Of a stretch of DNA of 64,000 bases, positions 48,937-59,574 are shown piece by piece. Each line of letters opens with the position of its first letter. The stretch's first letter is position 1. Source of the stretch: a virus. A program made the position numbers and the translations under genes. The stretch covers positions 7,432 through 71,431 of IMG/VR virus record IMGVR_UViG_3300027762_000214, one strand, 5' to 3'. The notes beneath the pieces are model-generated. The model worked only from the letters and a program-made list of their open reading frames with translations, was not told where the DNA came from and did not search any database.

Positions 48937-49584
48937 TTGGAGGAAACTAAAGTGGAAATTTATTATTGGAGAGGCAAGTTTTTTAATCGTCTTATAAGAG
49001 AATTGAACTATTCATCTTATCTAGAATTGGGAGTTTCGACTGGTCAATACTGTTGGAATGTTGTTGAATGTTCTAACAAAGTTGGAGTTGATAGTAATCC
49101 TGATTTGAATATTCCTGGTGTTGTTTGTTCTACAACAGATGAATATTTTAAATCACTTAACCTAGATACTAAATATGATCTAATCTTTATAGATGCTTTT
49201 CATGAGAAATATCAAGTATATGCTGATTTTTGTAACTCTTTAAAACATTTAAATCCTGGTGGAATAATAGTTTTGCATGATATTTACCCATTAAATAAAG
49301 AAAATTGTAATATCAATACTTCTAATGGGAATGTTTATGAATTTTGGATTGAACTTGTTAACAACTATGAAAATGAAACCTCAGTTGTTATTGGTAATCC
49401 TGGAAATGATGAGGGAACCATAGGAATTTTTATTCCTAATAATGATAATTTTGATAATAATTTAATTAAGGAAATGAATCATTCTTATGAGTATTTTTCT
49501 GAAAATATTAATAAGTATATTTCTAAAAAAACTTTTAATGAAACTGAAATCATAGAAAAAATTAAAAAAACAAATCAAAAATAA
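48937..49584 (+). CDS. Class I SAM methyltransferase (Methyltransf_24-like)
   Basis: YLELGVSTG, DLIFIDAFH and GGIIVLHD. Confidence 0.85.
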   Translation: MEETKVEIYYWRGKFFNRLIRELNYSSYLELGVSTGQYCWNVVECSNKVGVDSNPDLNIPGVVCSTTDEYFKSLNLDTKYDLIFIDAFHEKYQVYADFCNSLKHLNPGGIIVLHDIYPLNKENCNINTSNGNVYEFWIELVNNYENETSVVIGNPGNDEGTIGIFIPNNDNFDNNLIKEMNHSYEYFSENINKYISKKTFNETEIIEKIKKTNQK

Positions 49585-49601
49585 AAAAGGATTTAAATAG
49601 A

Positions 49602-50174
49602 ATGGATATTTACAATAATGAAATTTTTGGACACGAACCAATTCAGTCTAATATTTTTTTAAATATATTAAAGGATATAAAAAGTAGTAAACCATTAATG
49701 ATTGAACTTGGGTGTGCTTACGCCGACTACTCTAAGTTTTTTAATGATTATTTTTTAAACAATTGTGAAAACATTTGTCTTGATATTTTGCCTAGGCAAA
49801 TAGAAGTTGCTAAAAATAATCTTCCATCTGCAACTTTTATACATGGATATGTTGGAGAACCTGTTCATATACAAGAGGTTAAAGAAGATAATTTTGGTGC
49901 AAAACGAATATATTTGGAAGAATTGATAGGTGAAAAAAAAGTTAATATATTACATATGGACGTGCAAGGTTCTGAGACATATATTATGAATGAATTATAT
50001 AATTCTAATAATCTTATTGATAATATTGAATATTTGTTTATATCTCTTCATAATACTTATGATGAAGTTAAAAAATATATAACGAATAATTTTGAATATA
50101 TTTACGAACATCCAACTGAGGGGGGAGTTGGTGATGGATTAATTGTTATAAAAAATAAAAATTTTAAAGAATAA
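49602..50174 (+). CDS. FkbM-like methyltransferase
   Basis: MIELGCAYA, LHMDVQGSE and ISLH. Confidence 0.75.
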   Translation: MDIYNNEIFGHEPIQSNIFLNILKDIKSSKPLMIELGCAYADYSKFFNDYFLNNCENICLDILPRQIEVAKNNLPSATFIHGYVGEPVHIQEVKEDNFGAKRIYLEELIGEKKVNILHMDVQGSETYIMNELYNSNNLIDNIEYLFISLHNTYDEVKKYITNNFEYIYEHPTEGGVGDGLIVIKNKNFKE

Positions 50175-50215
50175 AAAAATATAAAAAAATCTTATAAACT
50201 GGAGGTAAATGTAGA

Positions 50216-51196
50216 ATGAAGAAAAAAATTTTAATAACGGGTGGCCTTGGATTTATTGGTGCCCACTGTATTGAAAAGTGGAAAGAAAATGATTGGGAAA
50301 TTTGTGTTATTGATAATTTATCAACTAATGCAATTTCAAGGAATAATTTTCTTACTCAAGGTGTATCGATTATTGAAGATGACATTTTAAATGTTGATTG
50401 GCAAAATCTTCCTAAGTTTGATTTAATTCTTCATTTGGCTTCTCCAGTCGGACCTGTTGGGGTCCTTAAGCATTCTGGTAATATGGCAAGAATTATTCTT
50501 GATGATATTTACTGGGCAGTTGATGGAGCAAAATATAATAATTGCCCATTAGTATTTGTTTCCACTTCTGAAATTTATGGGCATCGTGAATCTAAGAGTT
50601 ATCTGAAAGAGGAAGATGATAAAGTACTGCATGGTGATTTTACAGTAAGGAATGAATATGCTATTGCTAAACTTCTTTCTGAAATTGTTCTAACTAATCA
50701 GGCAAAAATTAATCCGAATTTTAGATATCAAATCATTCGCCCATTTAATGTAACTGGTAAGTATCAACTTCCTGATGGTGGGTTTGTCCTCCCAAGATTT
50801 GTTAAACAGGCATTAAGTAATGAGGATATTACTGTTTATTATGATGGATCCCAACTTAGGGCATTTACTTGGGTTAAGGATATTGTTGATGGAATTTATT
50901 TAACCTCAATTGCTCCAGAAGAATATTGGAATGAGGAATGGAATATTGGTAATGAGCAAAATGAAAGAACGATTTTATACTTGGCAGAAAAAGTAAAAGA
51001 AATTACCGAATCTTATTCTACGATTTCTAATGTAGATCCAACAGAACTTCACGGACCACTTTTTGCCGAAGCACCAGAAAAGATTCCTAATAGTGAAAAG
51101 ATTAAGAAAATTTTAGGTTGGAATCCGACAAAAGGAGTTGACGAAGTTATTTTGGAAGTGGTAGAATACTATAAGAATGGTGGTTATTTAAAATGA
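50216..51196 (+). CDS. NAD-dependent nucleotide-sugar epimerase/dehydratase
   Basis: TGGLGFIG, STSEIYG and YAIAK. Confidence 0.9.
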   Translation: MKKKILITGGLGFIGAHCIEKWKENDWEICVIDNLSTNAISRNNFLTQGVSIIEDDILNVDWQNLPKFDLILHLASPVGPVGVLKHSGNMARIILDDIYWAVDGAKYNNCPLVFVSTSEIYGHRESKSYLKEEDDKVLHGDFTVRNEYAIAKLLSEIVLTNQAKINPNFRYQIIRPFNVTGKYQLPDGGFVLPRFVKQALSNEDITVYYDGSQLRAFTWVKDIVDGIYLTSIAPEEYWNEEWNIGNEQNERTILYLAEKVKEITESYSTISNVDPTELHGPLFAEAPEKIPNSEKIKKILGWNPTKGVDEVILEVVEYYKNGGYLK

Positions 51197-51909
51197 AAAT
51201 TGGTATTGTTGGATATGGGGAGATTGGAAGTAGTCTAGAAAAAGTTTATGTTCAATCTTCCCAATATGAAGTTTCAATAGTTGATCCTTATGTTGGGAAA
51301 AATGATGATCTTTCTAATGTGGATATTTTAAATATTTGTATTCCTTTTATTGATAATTTTGTAGGAGTAGTTAAAGATTATATTCAAAAATATAATCCAA
51401 AGTATACTGTTATCCATTCTACAGTTTCTCCTGGAACGACCGAAAAAATTGGTGGAAGAGTATGCCATTCTCCTGTAAGAGGTCTTCATCCTAATCTTGA
51501 TACTGGCATTAAAACTTTTTTAAAATATATTGGTGCTGATGATCAAAGTGTTGGACTTGAGTATCAGCAACATTTGAAGGATATGGGAATTGAGTCTTAT
51601 ATCTGCAAAAACAGCAAAACTACAGAATATTCTAAATTACTTGACACTACTTATTATGGTGTTTGTATTGCTTTCCATGCTGATGTGATGGAATTATGTG
51701 AAAAGGAGGGTGTAGATTTTGACGAAGTTATGACTCTTTATAATAAAACTTATAATGAAGGATATTCTAAACTTGGTAAACCTAATGTAGTAAGGCCAGT
51801 TCTTTATGGAACTAAAAAAATTGGTGGGCATTGTGTTACTCCAAATGCACACATTTTGAAGGAATATTTTGACTCAAAGTTTATTGATTTAATTCTTAAA
51901 TATGAATAA
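51193..51909 (+). CDS. Short UDP-glucose/GDP-mannose dehydrogenase-like protein
   Basis: GYGEIG, HSTVSPGTT, EYSKLLDTTY and IGGHC. Confidence 0.8.
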   Translation: MKIGIVGYGEIGSSLEKVYVQSSQYEVSIVDPYVGKNDDLSNVDILNICIPFIDNFVGVVKDYIQKYNPKYTVIHSTVSPGTTEKIGGRVCHSPVRGLHPNLDTGIKTFLKYIGADDQSVGLEYQQHLKDMGIESYICKNSKTTEYSKLLDTTYYGVCIAFHADVMELCEKEGVDFDEVMTLYNKTYNEGYSKLGKPNVVRPVLYGTKKIGGHCVTPNAHILKEYFDSKFIDLILKYE

Positions 51910-52651
51910 AATTACTTTAGCTATACCTTTTTATAATACATCACAATACTTTACTGATTGTATTAAATATGCATTAGATAATGATTTTGTTGATGAAATT
52001 GTTGTTAATGATGATTGTTCTACCCAAGATCATTTAAATAATCTTATTAACATTATTGAATCACTTAATACTAGTAAGATTAAACTTTTTAGGAATGAAA
52101 CTAATATTGGAGCTTTTAGAAATAAGTATCAAACGGTTCTAAATTGCTCTAATGATTGGATTTATATGTTGGATAGCGACAATCATCCATTTGAAGAGAC
52201 TTATAATCTAATAAAGGATATTCCAAATACAGATCCAAATATTTGTTATTGTCCAACTCATTTATACTGTAAAAATGATAATGTTTCATCATATGAAAAT
52301 ATTTCAGATTATAATTTTGGTTATGATTTAATCGGCATAGAAGAATCTAAAGAATCTTTGAATAAAGGTATTGAATGGTTCAATTGGTTTGTGAATAGTG
52401 GTAATTATATTTTTAATAAAAATACTTACTTAAGTCTTTTAGAAGAACCTTTTAAAGATCTTTCAGTTCCACTTCTTCATGCTGATACTGCTGCGGCATT
52501 CTATTATTGGTTGAAGAATGGTGGTAAATTTAAAGTAGTTGAAGGACTTAGACACCATCACAGATTGAGACTAGATAGTAATTGGCATAGTTGTGGAAAT
52601 AATTCTCAAATGTCTGCAACTTATTATGAAAGGAAAATTGTAGAATTATGA
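51902..52651 (+). CDS. GT2 family glycosyltransferase
   Basis: IPFYN, VNDDCST and MLDSDN. Confidence 0.85.
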   Translation: MNKITLAIPFYNTSQYFTDCIKYALDNDFVDEIVVNDDCSTQDHLNNLINIIESLNTSKIKLFRNETNIGAFRNKYQTVLNCSNDWIYMLDSDNHPFEETYNLIKDIPNTDPNICYCPTHLYCKNDNVSSYENISDYNFGYDLIGIEESKESLNKGIEWFNWFVNSGNYIFNKNTYLSLLEEPFKDLSVPLLHADTAAAFYYWLKNGGKFKVVEGLRHHHRLRLDSNWHSCGNNSQMSATYYERKIVEL

Positions 52652-53523
52652 TTAGAATTGTAGATTGCCCAGAGCATTTTTTGCCCAAGATGCCTGTCGT
52701 TTATCCTCCACATCAAGGTTGGAATCCGATGATAGAGGAAAGGGCATATAGTTTCTTTTCCACTAAAACTGACTTGGAATCTGATTACATTTATATTCCT
52801 ATTCAATGGACATCTTTCCATATCAATAATGATTATGGAAAAAATGTCCAACCTTTGAAAGATTTCTGTAATGAACTTATTTCAAAACATCCAAATGAGA
52901 AATTTTTTACTATAGTTCAGTATGATGGTGGAACACTAGTTGATATTGATAACTGCTTAATTTTTGGATCTTCTGGAAGTTTTAGTTCTCCTATTGGAAA
53001 TAATTCATCATATGAACCAATACCACTTCTTTGTGATCCGCATAATGGGCAACCTAAAGAGGTAAGGACTAATAAAGCTGGTTATGCTGGAATTGATACT
53101 CATCCAATTCGTAAAAAAATGTATGAGTATCTCAAAAATTTTATTGGATATGAATTTTTTCTAAATTCACACGATCCTAATAGAACTGAAAAATTTAGAG
53201 AAATTCTTTATAATTCTGTTTTTGCACTTGCACCTAGGGGATATGGTCCAGCATCTTATAGGATGTATGAGGCAATCCAAATGCAGTGTATTCCAATTTA
53301 TATTAGTGATGAATTTTGGCTTCCCTTTACAAATGAAATTGAATGGGATAAGATGTCATTATTAATTACTGAAAATGAGATTGAATCTATTCCTGAAAAA
53401 GTTGATCATCTATTAGATAGTGGTGAATATCAAAATTATATTGATTATGGACAAGAAATATATCAGAAATATTTGACTTGGGATGGATGTTTAAACGCAA
53501 TTGCAAAGAGGATAGTTAAGTAA
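52648..53523 (+). CDS. Exostosin-like glycosyltransferase (GT47)
   Basis: SVFALAPRGYGPASYRMYEAIQMQCIPIYISD..WLPF. Confidence 0.85.
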   Translation: MIRIVDCPEHFLPKMPVVYPPHQGWNPMIEERAYSFFSTKTDLESDYIYIPIQWTSFHINNDYGKNVQPLKDFCNELISKHPNEKFFTIVQYDGGTLVDIDNCLIFGSSGSFSSPIGNNSSYEPIPLLCDPHNGQPKEVRTNKAGYAGIDTHPIRKKMYEYLKNFIGYEFFLNSHDPNRTEKFREILYNSVFALAPRGYGPASYRMYEAIQMQCIPIYISDEFWLPFTNEIEWDKMSLLITENEIESIPEKVDHLLDSGEYQNYIDYGQEIYQKYLTWDGCLNAIAKRIVK

Positions 53524-53524
53524 A

Positions 53525-54145
53525 ATGTTAATTAGTTTTTCAAACATAAAGAAAAAATATAACATGAATATCAAAGGAATTATTCATGTTGGAGGACATT
53601 ATGGTGAAGAAATTCACGATTATATCAATAATGGTATATCCGAAATAGTTATTTTTGAACCATTACTGAGTAATTTTCAAATTCTTGAAAGAAATGTTAC
53701 TGGATTAAATGCAAATATTGAAGGGCATCAAATCGCTCTTGGATCTGAAGAGAATCAACTTGAAATGTATGTTAGTAGTAATGGTGGTTTGAGTAGTTCT
53801 TTATTGAAACCAAAAAAACATCTTACACAATATACTGATATAACTTTTAATCAAAAGGAAGTTGTTGATGTAAAAACTTTAGATAGTTTTTCTTTTACGA
53901 AGTATAATTTTATCAATATGGATGTTCAAGGATATGAACTTGAAGTTCTTAAAGGGGGAGTAAAAACTTTAGAAAACGTTGACTACGTTTATTGTGAAGT
54001 TAATCGTGATGAGGTTTATGAAAATAATGCCTACATAGAAGAAATTGATGAGTTTCTATCCAAATATAATATGACTAGAGTTGAAACTGATTGGCAAGGT
54101 GATACTTGGGGGGATGCTCTTTATATTAGAGATTTTAATAAATGA
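53525..54145 (+). CDS. FkbM family methyltransferase
   Basis: IHVGGHYGEE, SSSLLKP and MDVQGYELEVLKG. Confidence 0.88.
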   Translation: MLISFSNIKKKYNMNIKGIIHVGGHYGEEIHDYINNGISEIVIFEPLLSNFQILERNVTGLNANIEGHQIALGSEENQLEMYVSSNGGLSSSLLKPKKHLTQYTDITFNQKEVVDVKTLDSFSFTKYNFINMDVQGYELEVLKGGVKTLENVDYVYCEVNRDEVYENNAYIEEIDEFLSKYNMTRVETDWQGDTWGDALYIRDFNK

Positions 54146-54837
54146 AGATTTGTATTTTAACCATAGCAACAAATAAGTATATTCAATTTGTTGAAAGACT
54201 CCTTGATAATATTGAAGAGAATTTTTTAAATGGACATGAAATTGAATGTCTCCTTTTCACCGATCATGAAGTTGAGGCATCCGATAATGTGAGGGTTTGT
54301 CAAATTGAACATGAACCTTGGCCCATGCCCACTTTAAAGAGATATAATTATTTTGTAAAAGAAAAAGAGTTTATCTCTCAGTTTGATTATTGTTATTATT
54401 TTGATGTGGATATGGGTCTGGTGGATAAAGTTGGTGATGAAGTTTTAAGTGATCTGGTTGCCACTCAGCACCCCTACCAGTCCTTCTATCCAAAGGAGCA
54501 GAGGACATATGATAGAAACCCACAGTCGCTGGCATACGTTCCTGTGGGTGAGGAAGGTGAGCATTATTATGCTGGTGGATTCAATGGTGGATCTACAAAG
54601 AGATTTCTTGAAATGGCGGAGGTTCTTGCAGATCGTGTAACTAGAGATCTTGAAAATGGAGTTGTTGCTTTATGGCATGATGAATCTCAAATGAATCGTT
54701 ATTTAATTGATAATCCTCCAACTTTGAGTCTGACACCTTCATATTGTTTTGCAGAAGAACAGATGGGAAATCCAGAGTATCCATTTGTTCCTAAAATTAT
54801 TGCTTTGAAGAAGAATCACAATGAACTTAGATCTTAG
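54142..54837 (+). CDS. GT6 (ABO/alpha-1,3-Gal(NAc) transferase family) glycosyltransferase
   Basis: IATNKY, WPMPTLKRY, FDVD, YYAGGFNGG and WHDESQMNRY. Confidence 0.9.
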   Translation: MKICILTIATNKYIQFVERLLDNIEENFLNGHEIECLLFTDHEVEASDNVRVCQIEHEPWPMPTLKRYNYFVKEKEFISQFDYCYYFDVDMGLVDKVGDEVLSDLVATQHPYQSFYPKEQRTYDRNPQSLAYVPVGEEGEHYYAGGFNGGSTKRFLEMAEVLADRVTRDLENGVVALWHDESQMNRYLIDNPPTLSLTPSYCFAEEQMGNPEYPFVPKIIALKKNHNELRS

Positions 54838-55465
54838 AGAAATACCTGCTCTTTATATGAATCTGGAGCAGCACACCGAAAAGAATGAGAGTATGCAAAA
54901 CCTACTTAAAGAATGTGGGTTTAAAACTATCATTCGTGTAGAAGGAGTTGCTCGCCCAGATAATCCAGTTGCTGGATGTTCTGCTGCTCATCATAAGGGT
55001 TTATGTGAAATAGATCCTCCTTTTGTTTTATTTGAGGATGATTGTGTAATCAAAAATTTTCGCCCAGAAATTGAAGTTCCTGATGATGCAGATGCGGTTT
55101 ATCTTGGCATTTCATCTTGGGGGAGAATGAATGGACACTCTGGACCTTATGTCCAATATGAGCATATTGGAGATGATCTTTATCGTGTGTATAATATGCT
55201 TAGTGGTCATTCAGTATTGTATCTTACTGATGATTATGTTAGAATGTGCCAAAGAATAACCCATCATGCTGGTTATGTAATTGAAGATTATCAAGATATT
55301 GGATTTGCTGAAATTCAACGTTGGTTTAATGTATATACCTTTAATGATCCATTCTTTTTTCAAACAAGTGGATATCATGGAACTGTAAATCCATTAACCA
55401 GTTATCCAACTCAAGAATGTTTTAATTATAATAAGTCTTATTTTTTACCTGAAAGGATTGTATGA
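54821..55465 (+). CDS. GT25-like glycosyltransferase
   Basis: YMNL, GCSAAH, LFEDD and VYLG. Confidence 0.7.
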   Translation: MNLDLREIPALYMNLEQHTEKNESMQNLLKECGFKTIIRVEGVARPDNPVAGCSAAHHKGLCEIDPPFVLFEDDCVIKNFRPEIEVPDDADAVYLGISSWGRMNGHSGPYVQYEHIGDDLYRVYNMLSGHSVLYLTDDYVRMCQRITHHAGYVIEDYQDIGFAEIQRWFNVYTFNDPFFFQTSGYHGTVNPLTSYPTQECFNYNKSYFLPERIV

Positions 55466-56361
55466 CAAAATCATTAGTTACTGGCGGTGCAGGATTTATT
55501 GGATCCAATCTAGTTGATCGCCTATTAGAAATGGGACAAGAAGTTATCGTAATTGATAATGAATTTTCTGATGCTCATGATCAATTTTATTGGAATGATA
55601 AAGCAGAAAATTATAAGTATGATATTCGTGATTATGAAAATACACGCCATCTTTATGATGGAGTAGATTATGTATTTCATATTGCCGCAGAAGCACGTAT
55701 TCAACCTGCTATCCTAAATCCAATTGAAGCAGTAAGTATTAATTCTGTAGGAACTTGTACTGTTCTTCAGTGTGCAAGGGAGGCAGGTGTAAAGCGTGTG
55801 ATGTATTCTTCTACCTCTTCCGCATATGGTAGAAATGAACCTGCTAACGTAGAAACACAACCAGATGATTGTTTAAATCCTTACTCTGTTTCTAAAGTTA
55901 GTGGTGAAAAACTCTGTAAAATGTATACGGAGTTATATGGTCTTCCGACAATTAGTTTTAGATATTTTAATGTATATGGAGAACGTCAACCTCTGAAGGG
56001 GCAATATGCACCAGTGATTGGAATTTTTCTTCGTCAACGTGCTGCTGGAGAACCCTTGACAATTATTGGTGATGGAAATCAGCGTAGAGATTTCACTTAT
56101 GTTGGTGATGTTGTGAAAGCAAATATTATGGCAGCAATTTCAAACCCAGATTCGGAAGCATTTGGGCAGGTTTATAATGTTGGAACTGGCAATAATTATT
56201 CTATTAACCAGATTGCTAGAATGTTTGATCACCCTACTGTAAATATTGTCCCTCGTCCAGGTGAGACTAGATTGAGTCTTGCAAATAATCAAAAAATGAA
56301 AAAAACTTTTGGTTGGGAACCAACTATGAAACTTGAAGATTGGATTGCATCACATCTATGA
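55462..56361 (+). CDS. NAD-dependent nucleotide-sugar epimerase
   Basis: TGGAGFIGSN, PYSVSK and RYFNVYG. Confidence 0.92.
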   Translation: MTKSLVTGGAGFIGSNLVDRLLEMGQEVIVIDNEFSDAHDQFYWNDKAENYKYDIRDYENTRHLYDGVDYVFHIAAEARIQPAILNPIEAVSINSVGTCTVLQCAREAGVKRVMYSSTSSAYGRNEPANVETQPDDCLNPYSVSKVSGEKLCKMYTELYGLPTISFRYFNVYGERQPLKGQYAPVIGIFLRQRAAGEPLTIIGDGNQRRDFTYVGDVVKANIMAAISNPDSEAFGQVYNVGTGNNYSINQIARMFDHPTVNIVPRPGETRLSLANNQKMKKTFGWEPTMKLEDWIASHL

Positions 56362-57113
56362 CTATTCAAATTTTTACTTCGGTCGTTAATAGGCCAGATT
56401 TTGTTAGTTTACAAAATAAATTATTTAAAAAATTTCTTAAAAATGAATATCAGTTTCACATTATTGATGATTCTGTAGATGAAAATATTGAAAAGGAATT
56501 TGTTTCAGTATGTCAAGAAAATAATATAAAGTATTACAAGAAACCTAAAAGAAATTTTCAGGTTAATCCTGGACGTGCTTGTGCGGATGCTGTTCAGTGG
56601 ACTTATGATAACGTTATTAAAAAAGATCACTCTGATAGTTTAGTTTTCTTTTGTGATTCTGATTTGTTTCTGATTGATGAATTGGATATTGAAGAACATT
56701 TAAATGATTGCATCATTTCTGGTCTTCCACAATATAGGGGACATGTAACTTATATGTGGAACGGTATAATGTTCTTTAATATGCCAAAAGTAATGGAGAT
56801 TGATCCAGATATTGACTTTTCTGACGGAGAAGTTGATGGTGAACTAACTGATGTTGGTGGTCGAACATACTTTTATTTTAAAAAAAATAATATTAAAATG
56901 AAAGAAACCGATGTTCAATATCCAACGCATTATGATGATGTTGATCTGCAAAAAGATTCTGGTGGATATGATATGGAACTTCATTTAAATGGCAAGTTTA
57001 TTCATTATCGTGCGGCAACTAATTGGCATAGTAATTGGAGAGACTCAAAAGATCCTTTAATTGGAAAAACTAAAGTTTTTAATCAAATAATTGAAAGTAT
57101 TCTTGAAGATTGA
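56358..57113 (+). CDS. Putative glycosyltransferase (DxD)
   Basis: FCDSDLF and HYRAATNW; island context. Confidence 0.6.
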   Translation: MTIQIFTSVVNRPDFVSLQNKLFKKFLKNEYQFHIIDDSVDENIEKEFVSVCQENNIKYYKKPKRNFQVNPGRACADAVQWTYDNVIKKDHSDSLVFFCDSDLFLIDELDIEEHLNDCIISGLPQYRGHVTYMWNGIMFFNMPKVMEIDPDIDFSDGEVDGELTDVGGRTYFYFKKNNIKMKETDVQYPTHYDDVDLQKDSGGYDMELHLNGKFIHYRAATNWHSNWRDSKDPLIGKTKVFNQIIESILED

Positions 57114-57907
57114 TGGATAAAAATAAAGCGATATACAAACTTAAAGGACTTCCTCCAATTTATTATTTGAATCTTGATGATCAACCAGAGCGAAAGCAAT
57201 ATATGGAAGATCAATTTAAGTATTGGGAGATTGAAAATAGCACACGTATTTCTGCTTATGATGGTAGAGATGGTAGAGATCTTGGAGATATTCTTAAAGG
57301 GCGTTATCCAGATATGATGTCTTCTGGTGAAGTTGGATGTGTAACCTCTCATTTGAAAGCATTGAAGTATTTTTTGGAGAATTCTGATTCTCCTTGTGCT
57401 TTAATAATGGAAGATGATTGCGATTTAGACACTGTTAAACACTGGGGGTTTTCTTGGAAAGACTTTTATTCTAAGATTCCATATTCTTATGATGTTGTAC
57501 AACTAGCAATTATTAATCCTGCGCAAGTTCATTTAAAAATTCATAAAAGATTTGTAAATGATTTTTCAACGGCTTGTTATTTAATAACTCGTCATCATGC
57601 CAAAAAGTTGATTGATCTTCATGTTCGTGGTGATAAATATAAAATTGATAATGGAGTAAAACCAAGAGCAGTTGCTGATGATTTGATTTATAATTCTGGA
57701 AATACTTTTGCCATTCCCTTATTTCTTTATAAAATTGAATTAGGATCTTCAATTCATACTGATCATGTTGACGTATTTCATCGTAGTAGTCACGATGGAT
57801 TGTGGCAGTTTTGGAAAAATGAATCTGCTGATGTTTCTGATTGGAGTTCAATATTTGATTATGATCCTTATTTTGGGACACTTCCTCCAGGGTGGGAAGG
57901 AAAATAG
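57110..57907 (+). CDS. GT25 family glycosyltransferase
   Basis: YLNLDDQPER, GEVGCVTSH, IMEDD and STACYLI. Confidence 0.88.
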   Translation: MMDKNKAIYKLKGLPPIYYLNLDDQPERKQYMEDQFKYWEIENSTRISAYDGRDGRDLGDILKGRYPDMMSSGEVGCVTSHLKALKYFLENSDSPCALIMEDDCDLDTVKHWGFSWKDFYSKIPYSYDVVQLAIINPAQVHLKIHKRFVNDFSTACYLITRHHAKKLIDLHVRGDKYKIDNGVKPRAVADDLIYNSGNTFAIPLFLYKIELGSSIHTDHVDVFHRSSHDGLWQFWKNESADVSDWSSIFDYDPYFGTLPPGWEGK

Positions 57908-58006
57908 TAAGCATTTATACTCATGTTATGATATCGGAACGCAAGGGGGCTTGACGCCCCTTTCTTTTTGCTATATACTTCTGTAATAGTTCTTTACAAA
58001 ACTTAT

Positions 58007-58201
58007 ATGACTGTAACGACAAACGAATATGGGCAGCAGAATATGTTCGCAAAAGAACCTACCATGTACTACGAAAACTATGGTATGGACACCCCCAACC
58101 AAGTAAAAGAGAAGTACAATGGACGCTGGGCAATGCTCGGCTTTGTTGCTGGCATTATTTCTTATACTTTCACTAACAAGTTTTTCTTCGGAATCTTCTG
58201 A
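58007..58201 (+). CDS. hli: High-light-inducible protein
   Basis: EKYNGRWAMLGF chlorophyll-binding motif. Confidence 0.88.
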   Translation: MTVTTNEYGQQNMFAKEPTMYYENYGMDTPNQVKEKYNGRWAMLGFVAGIISYTFTNKFFFGIF

Positions 58202-58298
58202 TGACTGAAGCACTCTGGACAATCACGACAGTTGCTTTTTTTGTGATTTTAGGTTATGCTGTAGATCAACTCTCTGAAACTTATTGAGTCTTAACACA

Positions 58299-58589
58299 AT
58301 GGCATTTAACGTTACACTTCAATCTCCCGATGGCACCGAAACTACTATTCAGTGTGCCCCAGATCAATATATTCTTGAAGCGGCAGAAGAGGCAGGTGTT
58401 GACCTTCCTTCATCCTGTCGTGCAGGTGCTTGCTCTGCTTGTGCCGGTAAACTCATTTCCGGAACTGTTGATAATGAAGAACAGACGTTCCTTGATGATG
58501 AACAGCAGGCAGAAGGATGGGTCCTTACCTGTGTTGCTTATCCCACTAGCGATTGCGTGATTCTTACAGAACAGGAAGAGAACCTGTGA
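58299..58589 (+). CDS. petF: Plant-type [2Fe-2S] ferredoxin
   Basis: [13 protein letters not shown]...LTCVAYP. Confidence 0.96.
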   Translation: MAFNVTLQSPDGTETTIQCAPDQYILEAAEEAGVDLPSSCRAGACSACAGKLISGTVDNEEQTFLDDEQQAEGWVLTCVAYPTSDCVILTEQEENL

Positions 58590-58861
58590 GTGCCGGAATG
58601 CTTGGGCAATTTGCTCTTGCCCTTCAAGAACTTGGATGGGACGCCAATGATGAACTATCAGTTGAAATTGGCGGTGTAGCAGTAACAGGAACTGCAACTC
58701 ATCCAGATGCAAATCCCAAATGGGCAAAACCATTTGGGACAGTATCCTACCAAAACGATGCCTTCATCGTAATTAAAAATAAATCAAGGAACTCAGTTGT
58801 TCCTTCGCAACCAAATCCTGAACTTAAACAACACCATTCTTATCAAGGAGAAACAAAATGA
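58586..58861 (+). CDS. Conserved cyanophage hypothetical protein
   Basis: GTGA overlap with petF; KWAKPFG...DAFIVIKN. Confidence 0.6.
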   Translation: MSAGMLGQFALALQELGWDANDELSVEIGGVAVTGTATHPDANPKWAKPFGTVSYQNDAFIVIKNKSRNSVVPSQPNPELKQHHSYQGETK

Positions 58862-58977
58862 AATTCGGATGGACACCTGAGGCAGAGATCCTCAATGCTC
58901 GCCTTGCAATGCTTGGTTTCGTAATCGCAGTCGGAACTTATCTTACAACTGGTCAAATCTTACCTGGAGTATTTTGA
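58858..58977 (+). CDS. hli: High-light-inducible protein (39 aa, absent from the track)
   Basis: [21 protein letters not shown]...TGQILPGVF; SD AGGAG. Confidence 0.9.
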   Translation: MKFGWTPEAEILNARLAMLGFVIAVGTYLTTGQILPGVF

Positions 58978-58988
58978 TGGAGGTTAAT

Positions 58989-59516
58989 ATGCGTAGAGAA
59001 GGTTATCAAACTCCTCAAGTTGAATTTGTATTTCGTGAGAATGGTGAGTTTGTAAATAAAACATCCGCAGATCTTTTTAATGGAAAGCGTGTGGTCCTGT
59101 TTAGTCTGCCTGGTGCTTTCACTCCTACTTGCAGTGCCTATCAGTTACCTGGATTCGAAGAGAAATATGACGACTTTCGTAGTCTGGGCATCGACGATAT
59201 TTACTGCATCTCTGTTAATGATGGGTTTGTAATGAACTCCTGGGCACAAGATCAGAACATCAAGAATGTAAAACTTATCCCAGATGGTAATGCTTACTTC
59301 ACACGTTCTATGGGTATGCTCGTCAATAAGTCTAACCTTGGTTTCGGCGACCGCTCTTGGCGTTATGCTATGGTTGTGGATAACGGAATCATTACTAAAC
59401 TTTTCGTTGAGGAGGGTATGCGTGACAACTCCGATTCGGATCCGTATGAAAAAACCACCCCAGAAAATGTTCTGAATTATATTCGTTCTTCTGTGTTGGA
59501 ATTAGAACTCGTTTGA
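58989..59516 (+). CDS. Peroxiredoxin (type II/Prx5-like)
   Basis: LPGAFTPTCS, SVNDGFVM and RSWRYAM; SD GGAGG. Confidence 0.92.
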   Translation: MRREGYQTPQVEFVFRENGEFVNKTSADLFNGKRVVLFSLPGAFTPTCSAYQLPGFEEKYDDFRSLGIDDIYCISVNDGFVMNSWAQDQNIKNVKLIPDGNAYFTRSMGMLVNKSNLGFGDRSWRYAMVVDNGIITKLFVEEGMRDNSDSDPYEKTTPENVLNYIRSSVLELELV

Positions 59517-59574
59517 AGTAATAACAAATAATACTTAACTCTGTCTCTAAATAAGAGGCAGAGTTTTTTTGTAT

